A DNA stretch of 62,668 bases, counting the filler, from Choristocarpus tenellus KU-1152 (lineage: Eukaryota; Protista; Phaeophyceae), in assembly GCA_964200185.2 (NCBI GenBank). It is 10 parts of 10 records of this genome, joined end to end, with 100 filler letters (N's around TTAATTAATTAA, not from the genome) between each part and the next. Parts side by side here need not be neighbours in the genome. Positions count along the whole stretch, not along the records: positions 25,615 to 28,268 come from CAXNAD020025922.1; positions 28,369 to 35,994 come from CAXNAD020005853.1; positions 36,095 to 44,203 come from CAXNAD020005133.1; 7 more parts are not named here. One strand, given 5' to 3'. The position numbers were made by a program, and so were the translations under genes. The notes below the pieces were generated by a model that was not told the DNA's origin, did not search any database, and saw only the letters and a list, made by a program, of their open reading frames with translations. Position 1 is the stretch's first letter. Each line of letters begins with the position of its first letter. Positions 25,615 through 36,674 of the stretch are shown piece by piece.

Positions 25615-25741
25615 ATAAGGTATACATTTTACCTATTCCGAAACATATCGGAGTAGGAAAATGTCATAAAATACCCGTGGAATGCCAAGCCCCAAACGGA
25701 CAAACAGACCAAAATTCATACCCTCTAAGATACTTTCACTC
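25615..25741 (+). mobile_element. MITE family A, right half at contig start
   Basis: TATACATTTTACCTATTCCGAAAC...TACCCTCTAAGATACTTTCACTC. Confidence 0.85.
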
Positions 25742-25749
25742 ATATCCGT

Positions 25750-26400
25750 ACTTACAAATTGTTTAAAATACAAAGCACATACTTCATTGATCTTGTATGT
25801 TTCCAATGTTCAGTAACCAAAACGTCAAAAAACAACTAGCACCCTCTACATATATGAAGTACAAAATCTTACCAAATTGGATATTTGGATTCTGGTAAAT
25901 AGTAGAGGCGACAAAAAGTGGTTCTTTGATTAAAACGGATCCGATCGGTTCCGTTTTACTCATGAACACCCTAAACACGTGCATTAGGAGGTTTGAAATA
26001 GTAAATCCAGTAATAACCGTTCTTACAATTTTTGAAAATACCAAGGACGCACTTTATGGGTCTCACACGTTTCCAATGTTCAGAAACTAAAAGGACACTT
26101 CCAACTGGTACCTACAATTTATTTAAATACTAAATCCGCTTCTTGGCGACTTTAGTATTCTTAGAAATACTAGAGACGACAAAAAAGCGGATCTATGGTA
26201 TTAAAGATCCGATCTGATCCCGTTTACCGTTGAACACCCAAAACACGTGCGTTAGTGTTTTTATGAAATTATAATGATATTCTAATCTTTACATCAACAA
26301 ATACAGATACAAACCACATCCTTCATTGATCCAATACGTTTGAAGCGTACGAAACGAAAAGGTCACAAAAAAACAGCTACTCTCTGTCCCATTTCAATAT
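25750..26400. repeat. Degenerate ~270-bp tandem repeat (~2.4 units) upstream of the ParB-like gene
   Basis: gtttccaatgttcag at ~25799 and ~26069; gatccgatc...gaacacc..aaacacgtgc at ~25938 and ~26206; cttcattgatc at ~25783 and ~26321. Confidence 0.7.
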
Positions 26401-26546
26401 GAAATCGTGTGCTGTTTGAAATCGCAATTATCAAAAGAAAGACAAATCTGAGTTTTGAGGACCGACCGACCAGATGAAATAAAACAGCACCTCCCATCCC
26501 TCAGTCTTCATTTCAATTCATTCCCTTCCGTACATACCACGCGGAC

Positions 26547-26805
26547 GAGTCAAAGTATCTTAGAGGGTAGGGCCGCATCCATTCGGGGGCCGAAATCCAA
26601 TGTTGCGATTTCCATGTAAATTTATCCGTCGTATTTGTTAGGAAGTGTCAGTATCCTTGTTCCGCACACACCATTTCATAACATATACATATTGCCTACT
26701 CCGAAACATTAGGGAGTAGGAAAAATACCACAAAAACCCCATTGGAAGCCAAGCCCCAAATGGACAAACAGGGCAAAACTCGTACCCTCTAAGATACTTT
26801 CACTC
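26547..26805 (+). mobile_element. MITE family A, full copy with GGAC target-site duplication
   Basis: ggac|GAGTCAAAGTATCTTAGAGGGTAG...TACCCTCTAAGATACTTTCACTC|ggac. Confidence 0.94.
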
Positions 26806-26850
26806 GGACCTCTTACTTATCCATCCCCGTCACACCCTCCCAATTTTGAC

Positions 26851-28050
26851 ATGTCCAGCATTCCCTCAACAACAACCCACCCGCCAGCCAATGGCGCTGC
26901 CCACGGATCGAGAACGTGGGACAGCAATCTGAAGGGCATGTCCTCGCTGCTAGAGCATCACTACCTCGGCACGTACCGGATGAAACTCGGCAACATCACA
27001 TGCACGGAGAGGTGCATCCCCTGAGCGAGCGTGGCCTTTCGCGCGTCAGCAAGCCTATACAGGAGAAAGGCTGGATGGAGCAGTTTGCTCCATCTGTTGT
27101 AATCCAGCGAGACTGTTTAGGTAATGGGGACCAGCTCAACGCCGAAACTGTGCTTGCCATTCAAGGACGAACACTGGACGGAAACCATAGAATAACGGTG
27201 CTGAAGAGAGAGTTTGATCCCGAACGCGCTTTCATGATGCGGATCTACATGGAGTTGAACCAAGCAGAAGAGAGGCTAATTGCCAACGGTGGGTGATGGA
27301 GTGATTTCGTTGTTCCATGATCGCCTGACCATTCTGATCAACTAAGCAACTAAATAAGTTGAGTGTTTTCGTTGATCCATGATCGCCTGATGACTATTAC
27401 CATCAAGTAAGCTACAAAGTAAGTTCATAATCATCACGTTGTTCCATGATCGCCAGACCATTCTCTGATCAGCTAAGCAACAAAGTAAGTCGAGTGTTTT
27501 CGTTGATCCATGATCGCCTGATGACTATTGCCATCTAGTAAGCTACAAAGTAAGTTGAGTGTTTTCGTTGTTCCATAATCGCCTGACCATTCTGATCAAC
27601 TAAGCAACAAAGTAAGTTGAGTGTTTTCGTCGTTCCATGATCGCCTGATGACTATTCTGATGTACGAAGTTGTTGCCGAGTTTCCTTTGCTTGGTTCATT
27701 GTCAGTCAGCCCATTGTGGATCTTTTCGTTGTTCATATTTTTTATCCCTAATGGTCTTCCTGTCCACAGCAACATGTTGCTCAGTACCGCATGCCGCGTG
27801 TGTCCCACGACCGCTCCCCACCTAACCCTTGTCCCATTCGCCCACTGCACCGCCACACTTATAGCATTCAAAGACGCGACCGAGAGTGTGGTTGAGCGCA
27901 CGCTATACGATAAGATATATTTTCAGCACGAGCTCCAAGAAGCTATCAACCGACAGACGAAGAAAAAATAAGTGTCACTAGTAGAGATCCGCAAAATGTA
28001 CAAAAAGATGAGGGATATGTCGACATTGGTGGGATGGTTGCGCCCTACTC
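26851..28050 (+). pseudogene. Spliced ParB/Srx-like domain gene (exons ~26851-27288 and 27865-~28050), with a frameshift and an in-frame stop
   Basis: VHPLSERGLSRV...IQEKGW...PSVVI...LDGNHRITVL (ParB-N DGxHR motif); 1-nt frameshift near 27010; phase-1 GT..AG intron gives IANAFKDATESVVERTLYDKIYF; TAA at 27969-27971. Confidence 0.65.
27309..27660. repeat. Intronic tandem array, six ~62-67-bp units alternating A/B
   Basis: Core GTTG(T/A)TCCATGATCGCCTGA at 27309, 27371, 27438, 27502, 27567, 27629, followed alternately by CCATTCT or TGACTATT. Confidence 0.92.
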
Positions 28051-28368
28051 CTCCTCTAGTTGGGTTATAGCAGTTGTGAAATCTCTCTGTGTCTTCCTAT
28101 TCAACCCAAGTTGAGATAGATATCCCGCGTTTAGGTACCCTGTCAACCAACTTATTGATTATCGGGTGAATATGTAGTATGTATGTGTGGTTAACCACAT
28201 ACGTACAATAAAAAGCGTCCTTGATTGTTTTATCGATGGTGTTGCCTGAAACCCCCCCCCCCCACCCCNNNNNNNNNNNNNNNNNNNNNNNNNNNNNNNN
28301 NNNNNNNNNNNNTTAATTAATTAANNNNNNNNNNNNNNNNNNNNNNNNNNNNNNNNNNNNNNNNNNNN

Positions 28369-28522
28369 GGGGTCTACACTAGGGTGTCCATTTGGACCAA
28401 AATCAGGAAAAGCGCATTTACAGTATCCATCCGAAGTATGCAGCCAAATCACCCAAAACTCGTGACATGAAAAAATTGACCCCAATTGGACAGCGGCTAC
28501 CCCCTCCCAGATACTTTGAGCC
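28369..28522 (+). mobile_element. MITE family B, near-complete copy
   Basis: Subterminal inverted motifs GTCCATTTGG / CCAATTGGAC; end CCCAGATACTTTGAGCC. Confidence 0.7.
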
Positions 28523-28814
28523 AGATAACCCTTGCTGTTCCTGTAGATGGCGCGATTGTTTCGGCTTCTGGTGATGATTGCAATGATCTTTGTGACTCCC
28601 AGAATGAAGAGATCCCCGCCAAAAAACCTCGGCTTTTTGTCTCAGTTTTCTGGCTGCACTTACAAGAGAGACTGGAAGCGTGGAACCCTCTGCATCACAC
28701 TGACTACATCGACAAATCGTGTGAAAACTCTTCCACCCAATCAACAGGCCCCATCCCTTCTGCTCCATCTAGAAAGCTGAGATTAGGGAGGGAGATGCTC
28801 TGTCGGAGAATTGC

Positions 28815-29433
28815 TCTTCTTGAGAGGTGGCTGGGGGTTTGATATGGGTCAGTACCTTTACCAGGGCCGTTGTGACTAATGCAGTGGAAGCTGTAACCCA
28901 GATCCTCGAGTACCTCAAAGGGACGCGGGAGTTGGGCCTGACCTATGAGAAAGGAGCAGGACGGAAACTACTGGCCTACACTGATGCGGACTTCGCTAAC
29001 AAGACTTTTGACAGACATTCTGCATCAGGGGTGCAGTGATGCGGGGGGGGGGTAGCAGTGACCTGGCTTTCTGAGATCCAGTGTATCATTGTGCAGTCCA
29101 CTGCAGAGGCCGAGCACATATCCATGGGGGACTGTGCCAAGGAGTTGTTATTCTGGAGGGGTGTTTTGGAATTTGTACAACCTAATGTTTCTGAATCTTG
29201 TCATTTGGCGTAGAGAATGAAATGGGGGCTGTCCATTTGTCTAACAACTCACTGAGTTTTCGCAGGACCAAGCATATAGCCGACACTATCTTCAAGGAAA
29301 CTTGGTAACAAATGAGCAAATACAGATCATTCATATCAACTCAGATGAGCAGCATGCAGATGTGCTGACGAAGCCTTCTGTAGAGGAAAAAAATTGGAGG
29401 CATGCAGAGACTTTGCTGAAGTTAGAAGGCTCC
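28815..29433 (+). pseudogene. Copia RT C-terminus / RNase H remnant
   Basis: EVAGGLIWVSTFTR, ILEYLKGTRELGLTY, LLAYTDADFA...DRHSASG, QSTAEAEHISM, EQHADVLTKP; frameshifted. Confidence 0.88.
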
Positions 29434-29691
29434 AAGTGAAAGTATCTTAGAGAGTACGAGTTTTGTCCTGTTTGTTCATTTGGGAATTGGCTTCCCATAA
29501 GTTTTTTATCACGTTTTCCTACTCCAAAATATTTAGGAGTAGGTGAAATATATACGTTAGTAAATGGTGTGTCCAGAATATGGATATTGACACTTCCTAA
29601 CAAACACGATAGCCAAAATTTCACCAAAATCGCAACATTGAATTTTGGTCCCCAAATGGACGCGACTCTACCCCCTAAGATGCTTTGGCTC
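29434..29691 (-). mobile_element. MITE family A, full copy inserted at the end of the Copia RNase H
   Basis: AAGTGAAAGTATCTTAGAGAGTAC...TACCCCCTAAGATGCTTTGGCTC. Confidence 0.88.
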
Positions 29692-31649
29692 AGCCTATAT
29701 TTAGTGTTTGCTTTTCCATGACTTTTTAATTGTTCGTGTTAGTTTCGATTTTTTTCGTAAGTGAATTCAGTACCTAATTATGTCTAGTGACTACTCAGAG
29801 TTATCTAAGCTAGGGAGAGTGGTCGAGTAGACCCCTCCCATTGTATCGGAGATCCCTGGTTGTATACATGTAGAGTCAGAATTCAAGACTTTATAGTTGG
29901 TGCCTCAGACTTTGTTATTGTACCACTAATATGTGAACGGATGAGTGGTATTGATCCTATTTAGCATGCTGCTTTGAGGTTGTATCATTGCATCTGTGCT
30001 TGGGATTAATCACTCTACAATATTTGGCAACATGCCTGTGCTTCTCTTCCATCCATACAAGAGTCGGGGGATACTCTAACAACTCCAAGACCTCAGCAAC
30101 TCAAGCAACAACAGTTACCACCCAAAAGGATGTGTTACCTGGCACTTGCGTATCCACCCACAACATCCTAACAAGCTCTATCGCTCGAAAAGACCAGCTC
30201 CTTCTTTTCACTGATTTGATCCACCCCAAATCTAGTGCAATAATGAAGGTGGTGTTTTATTCCGTGCACATTCTGTGACATTGCTCACCCCAGGATTGTG
30301 ACTTTCCATCTTAACCTCAAAAAAAAAATCACAAAACACATCACAACCAGACCAACAGAATATATTTTGCTGGAATTTCACTCCCAAATTGACCACTCAA
30401 TCACACTGGCAATTTCGTGTAGGATGAAGATGTACAACTTCTTCTGTACTTCTCGCTCCCACTGCTGTACACACCAAATTGTATCAACAAGTCTGACCCC
30501 ATGTGCAGTGCTGCTGCAAAAAGAAGAGGGGATCAAAGTCAAACACTGAACACCAGGGACATCTTACAATACACTCAACAGACGTAAGCCTACTCGACAC
30601 TACTTGCTGTGAAAACTGTATAATACGTCCCAACAACCAACGCTCCCTTCCAACTTGTACCACATCTCAATACTCTTCTTGACCGTGTTTTAGGGGCGAC
30701 CTAACACATTGTTAGTTGCCTCCAAGAGGAGATTCAGATACTCATACGTCAGCTCCAAATACCAACATCCTGTCATGCTGCAGTGGTATAACCTTAGCAA
30801 CAAAAAATCTTTGCCTAAAATGCTTCTTGCCTACTCCCCCTCTGATTTCCACTCAACTACCACCCTAAATGCTTGACTATCAACATTATGCGATCCACTA
30901 AAGTCCCCCTTCTCTCCCATAGCACGTTGAAACCCTTAATCACTGTACCCCATACATAATGCTAAGAGTGCGCCCTATGCCCTAGCCAACTTACGTCTTG
31001 CCAATTGTAAAGGGTTGTGCCCTCTCCTGTGGATCTACTAGGTCAACACCCTCCTCAAGTCAACGGAAACGGTGGGACATTCTCTGCTTCTCGAAGTAAC
31101 ATCAAAGACATGACTCTCCTAAGGCAGAGATTCGGTTGCTTGCACTTCCTCTGGATGCTCACATGGTATACACCTAAAAAATATAGCATTACGTGTTGAC
31201 ATCTGTATCTATCTAGTAGCATTTATGAGGGTCAAATCAAGATAAATTTTCCCCTCATGGACCTTGGCTGTTATGGTAGATGGCCTCACCCACAACATAT
31301 CACACCATATTAAATTACCCTGTTCAACAAGCTGGCGACTTTCACTTCAACTTCTGCTTGCATCCTTCAGATCAGTTCCTTAATTGTAGACGGAGAGTTG
31401 TACATGCAAAACCAGCTCCCTATCTTCCACCTTGGATCAGTAAGAAAAGCTCATTCCAAATGTGCATTCCTAAGACTGACACTTCTTTGCCTTGCTCCTC
31501 TTTTTCTTATAAATATCATACGTTTAGCGCTGTAACTTATGTTTCCCCAACGAGAACTCTTTCCGGCCTTACTTTGCTGTCCTATTACATAGTACTGATC
31601 CAGGAGTGTGAGAAGATCTCTAGCTACCCTCCCCATTTGTACTAGGGTT

Positions 31650-32300
31650 GGTGCTAGTCCCGTCAAAGCATACTATGGCTATTTCATGCTCCTACTTCTT
31701 GGGGGAATTATACATCCTAACCCTTCTCGTCTTTGCTACTACTCACCAAGGACAACACATGAGATACAATGTGATTAAACACCTCCACCATGCCATCCGC
31801 CCTAGGGTAGTAGGCGCCTGTCAACTTCTCTTCCTAGATCCATAAATATGGACTACTGTTGCAGTGAAGGGACCATCTTTAATCGAACAAGAAATTGTGG
31901 AGATGACCCCATACTGGCATGAACTGTTGCATGAGCACCACATTTATAGCACACCATGCAACAGTGAACCCCCCTTGGTACAGAACAAAGCATGGTGTCT
32001 ACTGAACAGATTGGCAGTGTAAAAACGTACATATGTTGATCAAGGAAGGTTCTATAGTCTCTGACAAAGGGACCCAGTATATAAAAAAGCTATCCACTCA
32101 CCTAGGATATCTAGGCAACGGCTACAATATGCTATGCCATTATATTGTATGTCTTCATGCTTCCAAGCTTGACGTTGGTTGTAGCCCTACACTACCAATA
32201 AACACCTTGGTCTATCCCTTCCAACCAATAGAAACGTCTTAACATACTCAGTGTGTCCTCAACACCAAAATACATTATCATCCAAGTTCTGGGTAGAAAA
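31650..32300 (-). pseudogene. Ty3/Gypsy integrase remnant
   Basis: Minus strand MLRRFYWLEG (HHCC region, cf. LRRFYWWxGM) and GAYYPRADGMVEVFN (cf. TAYHPQTDGxxERxN); heavily decayed. Confidence 0.7.
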
Positions 32301-33139
32301 TGGACAACAACACAGGCAACCCCACCACCCAACCCAGAGTCATGCCATTCAAGTCTTCAAACTCATACGCAGTTTGGTTGTCATTGAAGGTTTTTAAAGA
32401 AGGGAAATATCATCATACTGTTGCTGCAACCTATTTTTCGACTAAAAAGATGTGTAACCTGTTGATGTCCTTCACAGAAGATCACCTCCTACCTTTGAAC
32501 CCTCCCTTGGGCAATTCTTACCTATAGTTCCCATCGAACTCCAACATTTGCATTTGTGACCATCCTTCCACAGACTTGCTGTCATCAGAGGATGAACTTG
32601 GATTTCCAACTAGGACTAGTCCGAAAGATTCTTATTTCTATCTCAGCAGTCGAATCTACTTGCATATCATCCAATTCTATCACCTTCCGCACCTCCAACA
32701 AGACAGTAGCCTCAGCATCTGCAACCTCCACCAAATATCCATCAACCATAACCACAATAGATTCACAAGCACCTTGACTACTTTCCACCAAAATTAACAT
32801 GCAATGGTGCAGGCTCACAACGTCTCAACAAATCAGCTGGATACTTCAGTTCAACTCACAATTTTGCCCACCCCTAGCTAGAACAGTATATCTAGCCACA
32901 TGCAAAACAGTAAGCCCAGCGACAGAATTCTCAACTTCAACAACTAACCACCTATCACAACGCCCAAATTAAACAAACCGTCATCCCATCCATCAAACTT
33001 GTATCTGCAAGCACACGATAAACATCTGCACCAATAGGAATAGACATACCAATCATCTACTACTCTGACTTGTTGGAGTGTCTAAAATCGAAAAATGTAA
33101 CTAGAAAGGGGTGGGTCGCTAGAGCAAATCAAAATTTGA

Positions 33140-33620
33140 AAAATCTTGATTCTAATGGGATTCAGACCCCTTTGTTGGAATGTTTGGTATGATATGTGGT
33201 CGATTGGTTCAGGGTATTTGCCAATGCCATTTGGTGAGTGTTTGGACCTTACCTTATTACAGGAAATTTATTCCAGGGTTGGTGAAAGAGTTTGTGTCTC
33301 TTGACTAACTTGTCAAAGAAGGGGGTGCTTTTCAAACTGAGTGGCGTCCATGTGAAGGCTGTTTAAGATGCATTGATGTTTTTGGAAAGTGATCGTGTTC
33401 TGGCCTACCCTGATCAAGTTTTGACATTTCAAGCAATTGATTGTTCTGGTTGGTGATGGATACCAGACACTACTGAGAGACTTGGGGTAGTTCTAGAGGA
33501 GGAGGGTAAGGGCAGATATGTAAGATCACTCTACTTTCTGTCCTGCTACTTGGAGGAGGGAGAAGAACTGGAGTGGTACTAATTTGGAGTCTGGGACTCT
33601 AGTGTAGGACCCATGGTCGG
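33140..33620 (+). pseudogene. Ty3/Gypsy RT-connection / RNase H remnant
   Basis: YYRKFIPGL ... LTNLSKKGV ... VLAYPD fragments with frameshifts. Confidence 0.6.
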
Positions 33621-34692
33621 AGGCATTACACACTGCACATTAAGTACTTCTCATACTAACCACTGCTACATTACAACTAACTCTTAATACCACCCACCTC
33701 CATTCTTTCTTCTCCTCCCATGTTGGGTTCGAAAATCCCACCCCTTGTCACTCCACCTCAATCTCGGTCTGGTGAGTACTTCATATATTGAGAGACGAGG
33801 CAATATAGGTGTACAATCCCTTGTGCTTGGCATGTGGTATTATGGAATTAACAAAAAAAAAGAAGTCCGATATCGATTGGGTTCAAACCCACAAACATAC
33901 ATGCATGGAAAACCCTCCTCAACCACTGATGCACAAGGACCGTCATAATTTCTCCATCAGCAAACCCTTGAAACCCTTGACAAAAGCACTCTCAATGCTC
34001 CGGTTAACTCCACAGCACCTCCTTGATTACAAACTACAGTACGCACACTTTTGAATGAGAGGGAGCAATAGAAATGGCGTGCAAGAATAACTCTGCACAA
34101 TGTGGTAGCTATCACCACACATTGATTTTTCCCCACTGCCGTGATAAGTAGAGTCCTACATCCTCTACATTTTGCATCCCCCCCCATCAAACATCGCACT
34201 TATAAAAAGGTTAAGAGTTCATCGTAGTGGCTTGTCATCACTTGACAGTGCCCCAATCATCATGGAGTCACCACGGAGAGCTTCACAATGGAAAGAAAAG
34301 AAAAGTATATCGCACTGCAACTGAGGCAGTATACCATGCACTCGGGAGCTGTTGCAACCATCAAAGAATCAAGAAAATCATTGAATGAATGGGACATTAT
34401 CGGGACACAACCACAACTAAAAGGGGCATCTTAAAAATTGAGGGGCAATCCACAGACTTCTACAACACTGAAAACCTAACACTCACAACAAACAACAGAT
34501 CCAACACCAGACAAACCTATTGATACAGCACCACACCGTACTTGGCAGGTTTCAGAAGCTCTATGAATAAACCAAATCACTATACCATGGTGCTTGGCGT
34601 CAGTTTGCTAATTATCACCAGACCAGTGCAGACCAATTCCAGCCATGCCTGCTTTTCACTTACTGCTTGCCCGGACCCCTTTCCCGCAACTC

Positions 34693-34875
34693 TTAGTGCA
34701 TGAAGACAGGATTGTCTTTGGTCATGATGCGACTCTCTTCTGCAATTGCTGCCCTCAGCCACTTGGGGCTTCCAAAAAGCCCCAAGTGGGCAAGGCCATC
34801 ATAGAAACGCAGATCTCCCGATATCCTAGCTTCAATGTCTGCGTCTACGGCATCAATATCCTTCCTTCTAATCAC
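34693..34875 (-). CDS. Thermospermine synthase-like (ACL5-type) aminopropyltransferase, last exon
   Basis: cag|VIRRKDIDAVDADIEARISGDLRFYDGLAHLGLFGSPKWLRAAIAEESRIMTKDNPVFMH*; phase 0 with the preceding exon. Confidence 0.82.
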   Translation of the reverse strand: MIRRKDIDAVDADIEARISGDLRFYDGLAHLGLFGSPKWLRAAIAEESRIMTKDNPVFMH

Positions 34876-35544
34876 CTGATGCAAACACAAGGGATGAAAA
34901 TGTGAACAAGGTGAGGTGGAACATATGAAGTGGTTAAGTGTCTGCTTGTACGACACTAATCATCCACCATGTCAAGATATCTTCACGACAACCTCTACAA
35001 AGACATCTTCAACAGGTTGCAGTTGATTGTGGACTCCAAAACACCCCACAATATAGATTAGACTGGGTCCTATGATGAAAATAGATAACACAGCCCACAA
35101 AAATGCTACAAAACAGATCACAGGCACAGAGTGCGGCAGCTACTCAACTCGCTATCCTGTGCTTCAACTACTGCCAGATGTGTAAGCAGTGAAATACTAA
35201 CAAGTCTCTTGATTTCCTATCACACACCATTAGAAAGAGGGAGTTTGACAAAACATACTAACACTCCTCTCTACTAACCATCCATGGAGCTCCACCACAC
35301 CCACATCCTCAGAGAAAGTACTGTCTAGTTCAGGAAAATGTATCAAATATTGCACACTGCTGGTATGTTAAGAGATTTTATCAAACAACTAAAAAAAACT
35401 GTCCAACGATTGAGATATCAAACGGCATCAACTAGAAACTCATGAACAGCACCTCCCCCCACCAAAGATCACTCACACATAGGAACACAATCCACTCCCC
35501 ACAATGCAACCAACTACACCTCAGTCCGCCACACACAAACTCAC

Positions 35545-35955
35545 CTCAGCAGAGAACTCTTCCGAGTTGGAGGCCATATTAAACGCCCACGGACTGCCAA
35601 AAGAGGGGATGTCAGCAATAGAGGGCACCACGTGCTGGAACACTGACTTCAGAGTGTTGTTAATAACGGTGAAGCACTCGTCCTTCATGTGCACTGCCGC
35701 CGCCCCAGACTGCGTAACCAACACGCCCCCAGGTGCCAGCTTGGTCATAGCAAAACTGTAGAACTCTTGTGTATAAAGGACGTACCCAGGTCCAGCCTCA
35801 ATGGGATCTGCAATATCCATTACAATCACATCAAAGGTGCCCTCATAGTCAAGTAGGAAGGCATGTGCATCGGTGTAGTGGAGCTCCAGGCGAGGGTCAT
35901 CCGTAACGCCTGCCCCCCACTCAGGCAGCATACTCTTTGATACATCCACCACCAC
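35545..35955 (-). CDS. Spermidine/thermospermine synthase family (ACL5-like), penultimate exon; 5' exons missing (contig end)
   Basis: DDPRLELHYTDA, FDVIVMDIADPIEAGPGYVLYTQEFY, LAPGGVLVTQSG, IPSFGSPWAFNMAS; cag acceptor and gtgagt donor; 137 codons. Confidence 0.9.
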
Positions 35956-36368
35956 CTGCACTCCCCTCCCCCCCCCCCCCCCCCCCCCCCCCCCNNNNNN
36001 NNNNNNNNNNNNNNNNNNNNNNNNNNNNNNNNNNNNNNTTAATTAATTAANNNNNNNNNNNNNNNNNNNNNNNNNNNNNNNNNNNNNNNNNNNNGTCTGT
36101 GGGTGTTTTGTTTGTCACACATGGGGGGGTTTTTGGGGGGGGGGGGGGGGGGGGGGTGTGGGTCCCCCCCCCCCCCCCCCCACCCCCTTTTTTTTTACCT
36201 TCTATTTTTTGTTTTGCGTGTGCAGCACGCTCTCTTTTGTTCACAGGGCAGCAAGTGTACATAGTTCTGAAGGGATGGAAGAGGTATGAAAAGAATAAAA
36301 AGGAATTCAAAAGATATTGTAAGACAACCGCTGTTGCTGATATGCATTACACATTTTGACATTAGGCA

Positions 36369-36372
<4 letters not shown>

Positions 36373-36414
<42 letters not shown>
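36373..36414. repeat. (GA)n microsatellite
   Basis: Direct reading. Confidence 0.9.
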
Positions 36415-36417
<3 letters not shown>

Positions 36418-36643
36418 GAAAGGTGTGAAAATCAGTAGTGTTTGGTAGTATGACCTGTCTGTTCCTAAAAAGACGGGATTGCGTTTACTGCTTTCTTGCG
36501 GAGAAATGCTGGCCTCAGCCTCCAGCACAGTACAGGCAGCATACCGTCCTTCCCCCTGCCCACCCACTTTCTGACTCCAGGCGCATATAATTCAGTAGTG
36601 TATACGTCAGTTTTGTCTGCCGGAAGGACACTAAGTGATCTGC

Positions 36644-36674
<31 letters not shown>

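Noticed and set aside
27309-27660. CRISPR-like repeat-spacer array
   Set aside because: The 'spacers' recur in an A/B pattern rather than being unique; no cas genes; intronic eukaryotic context
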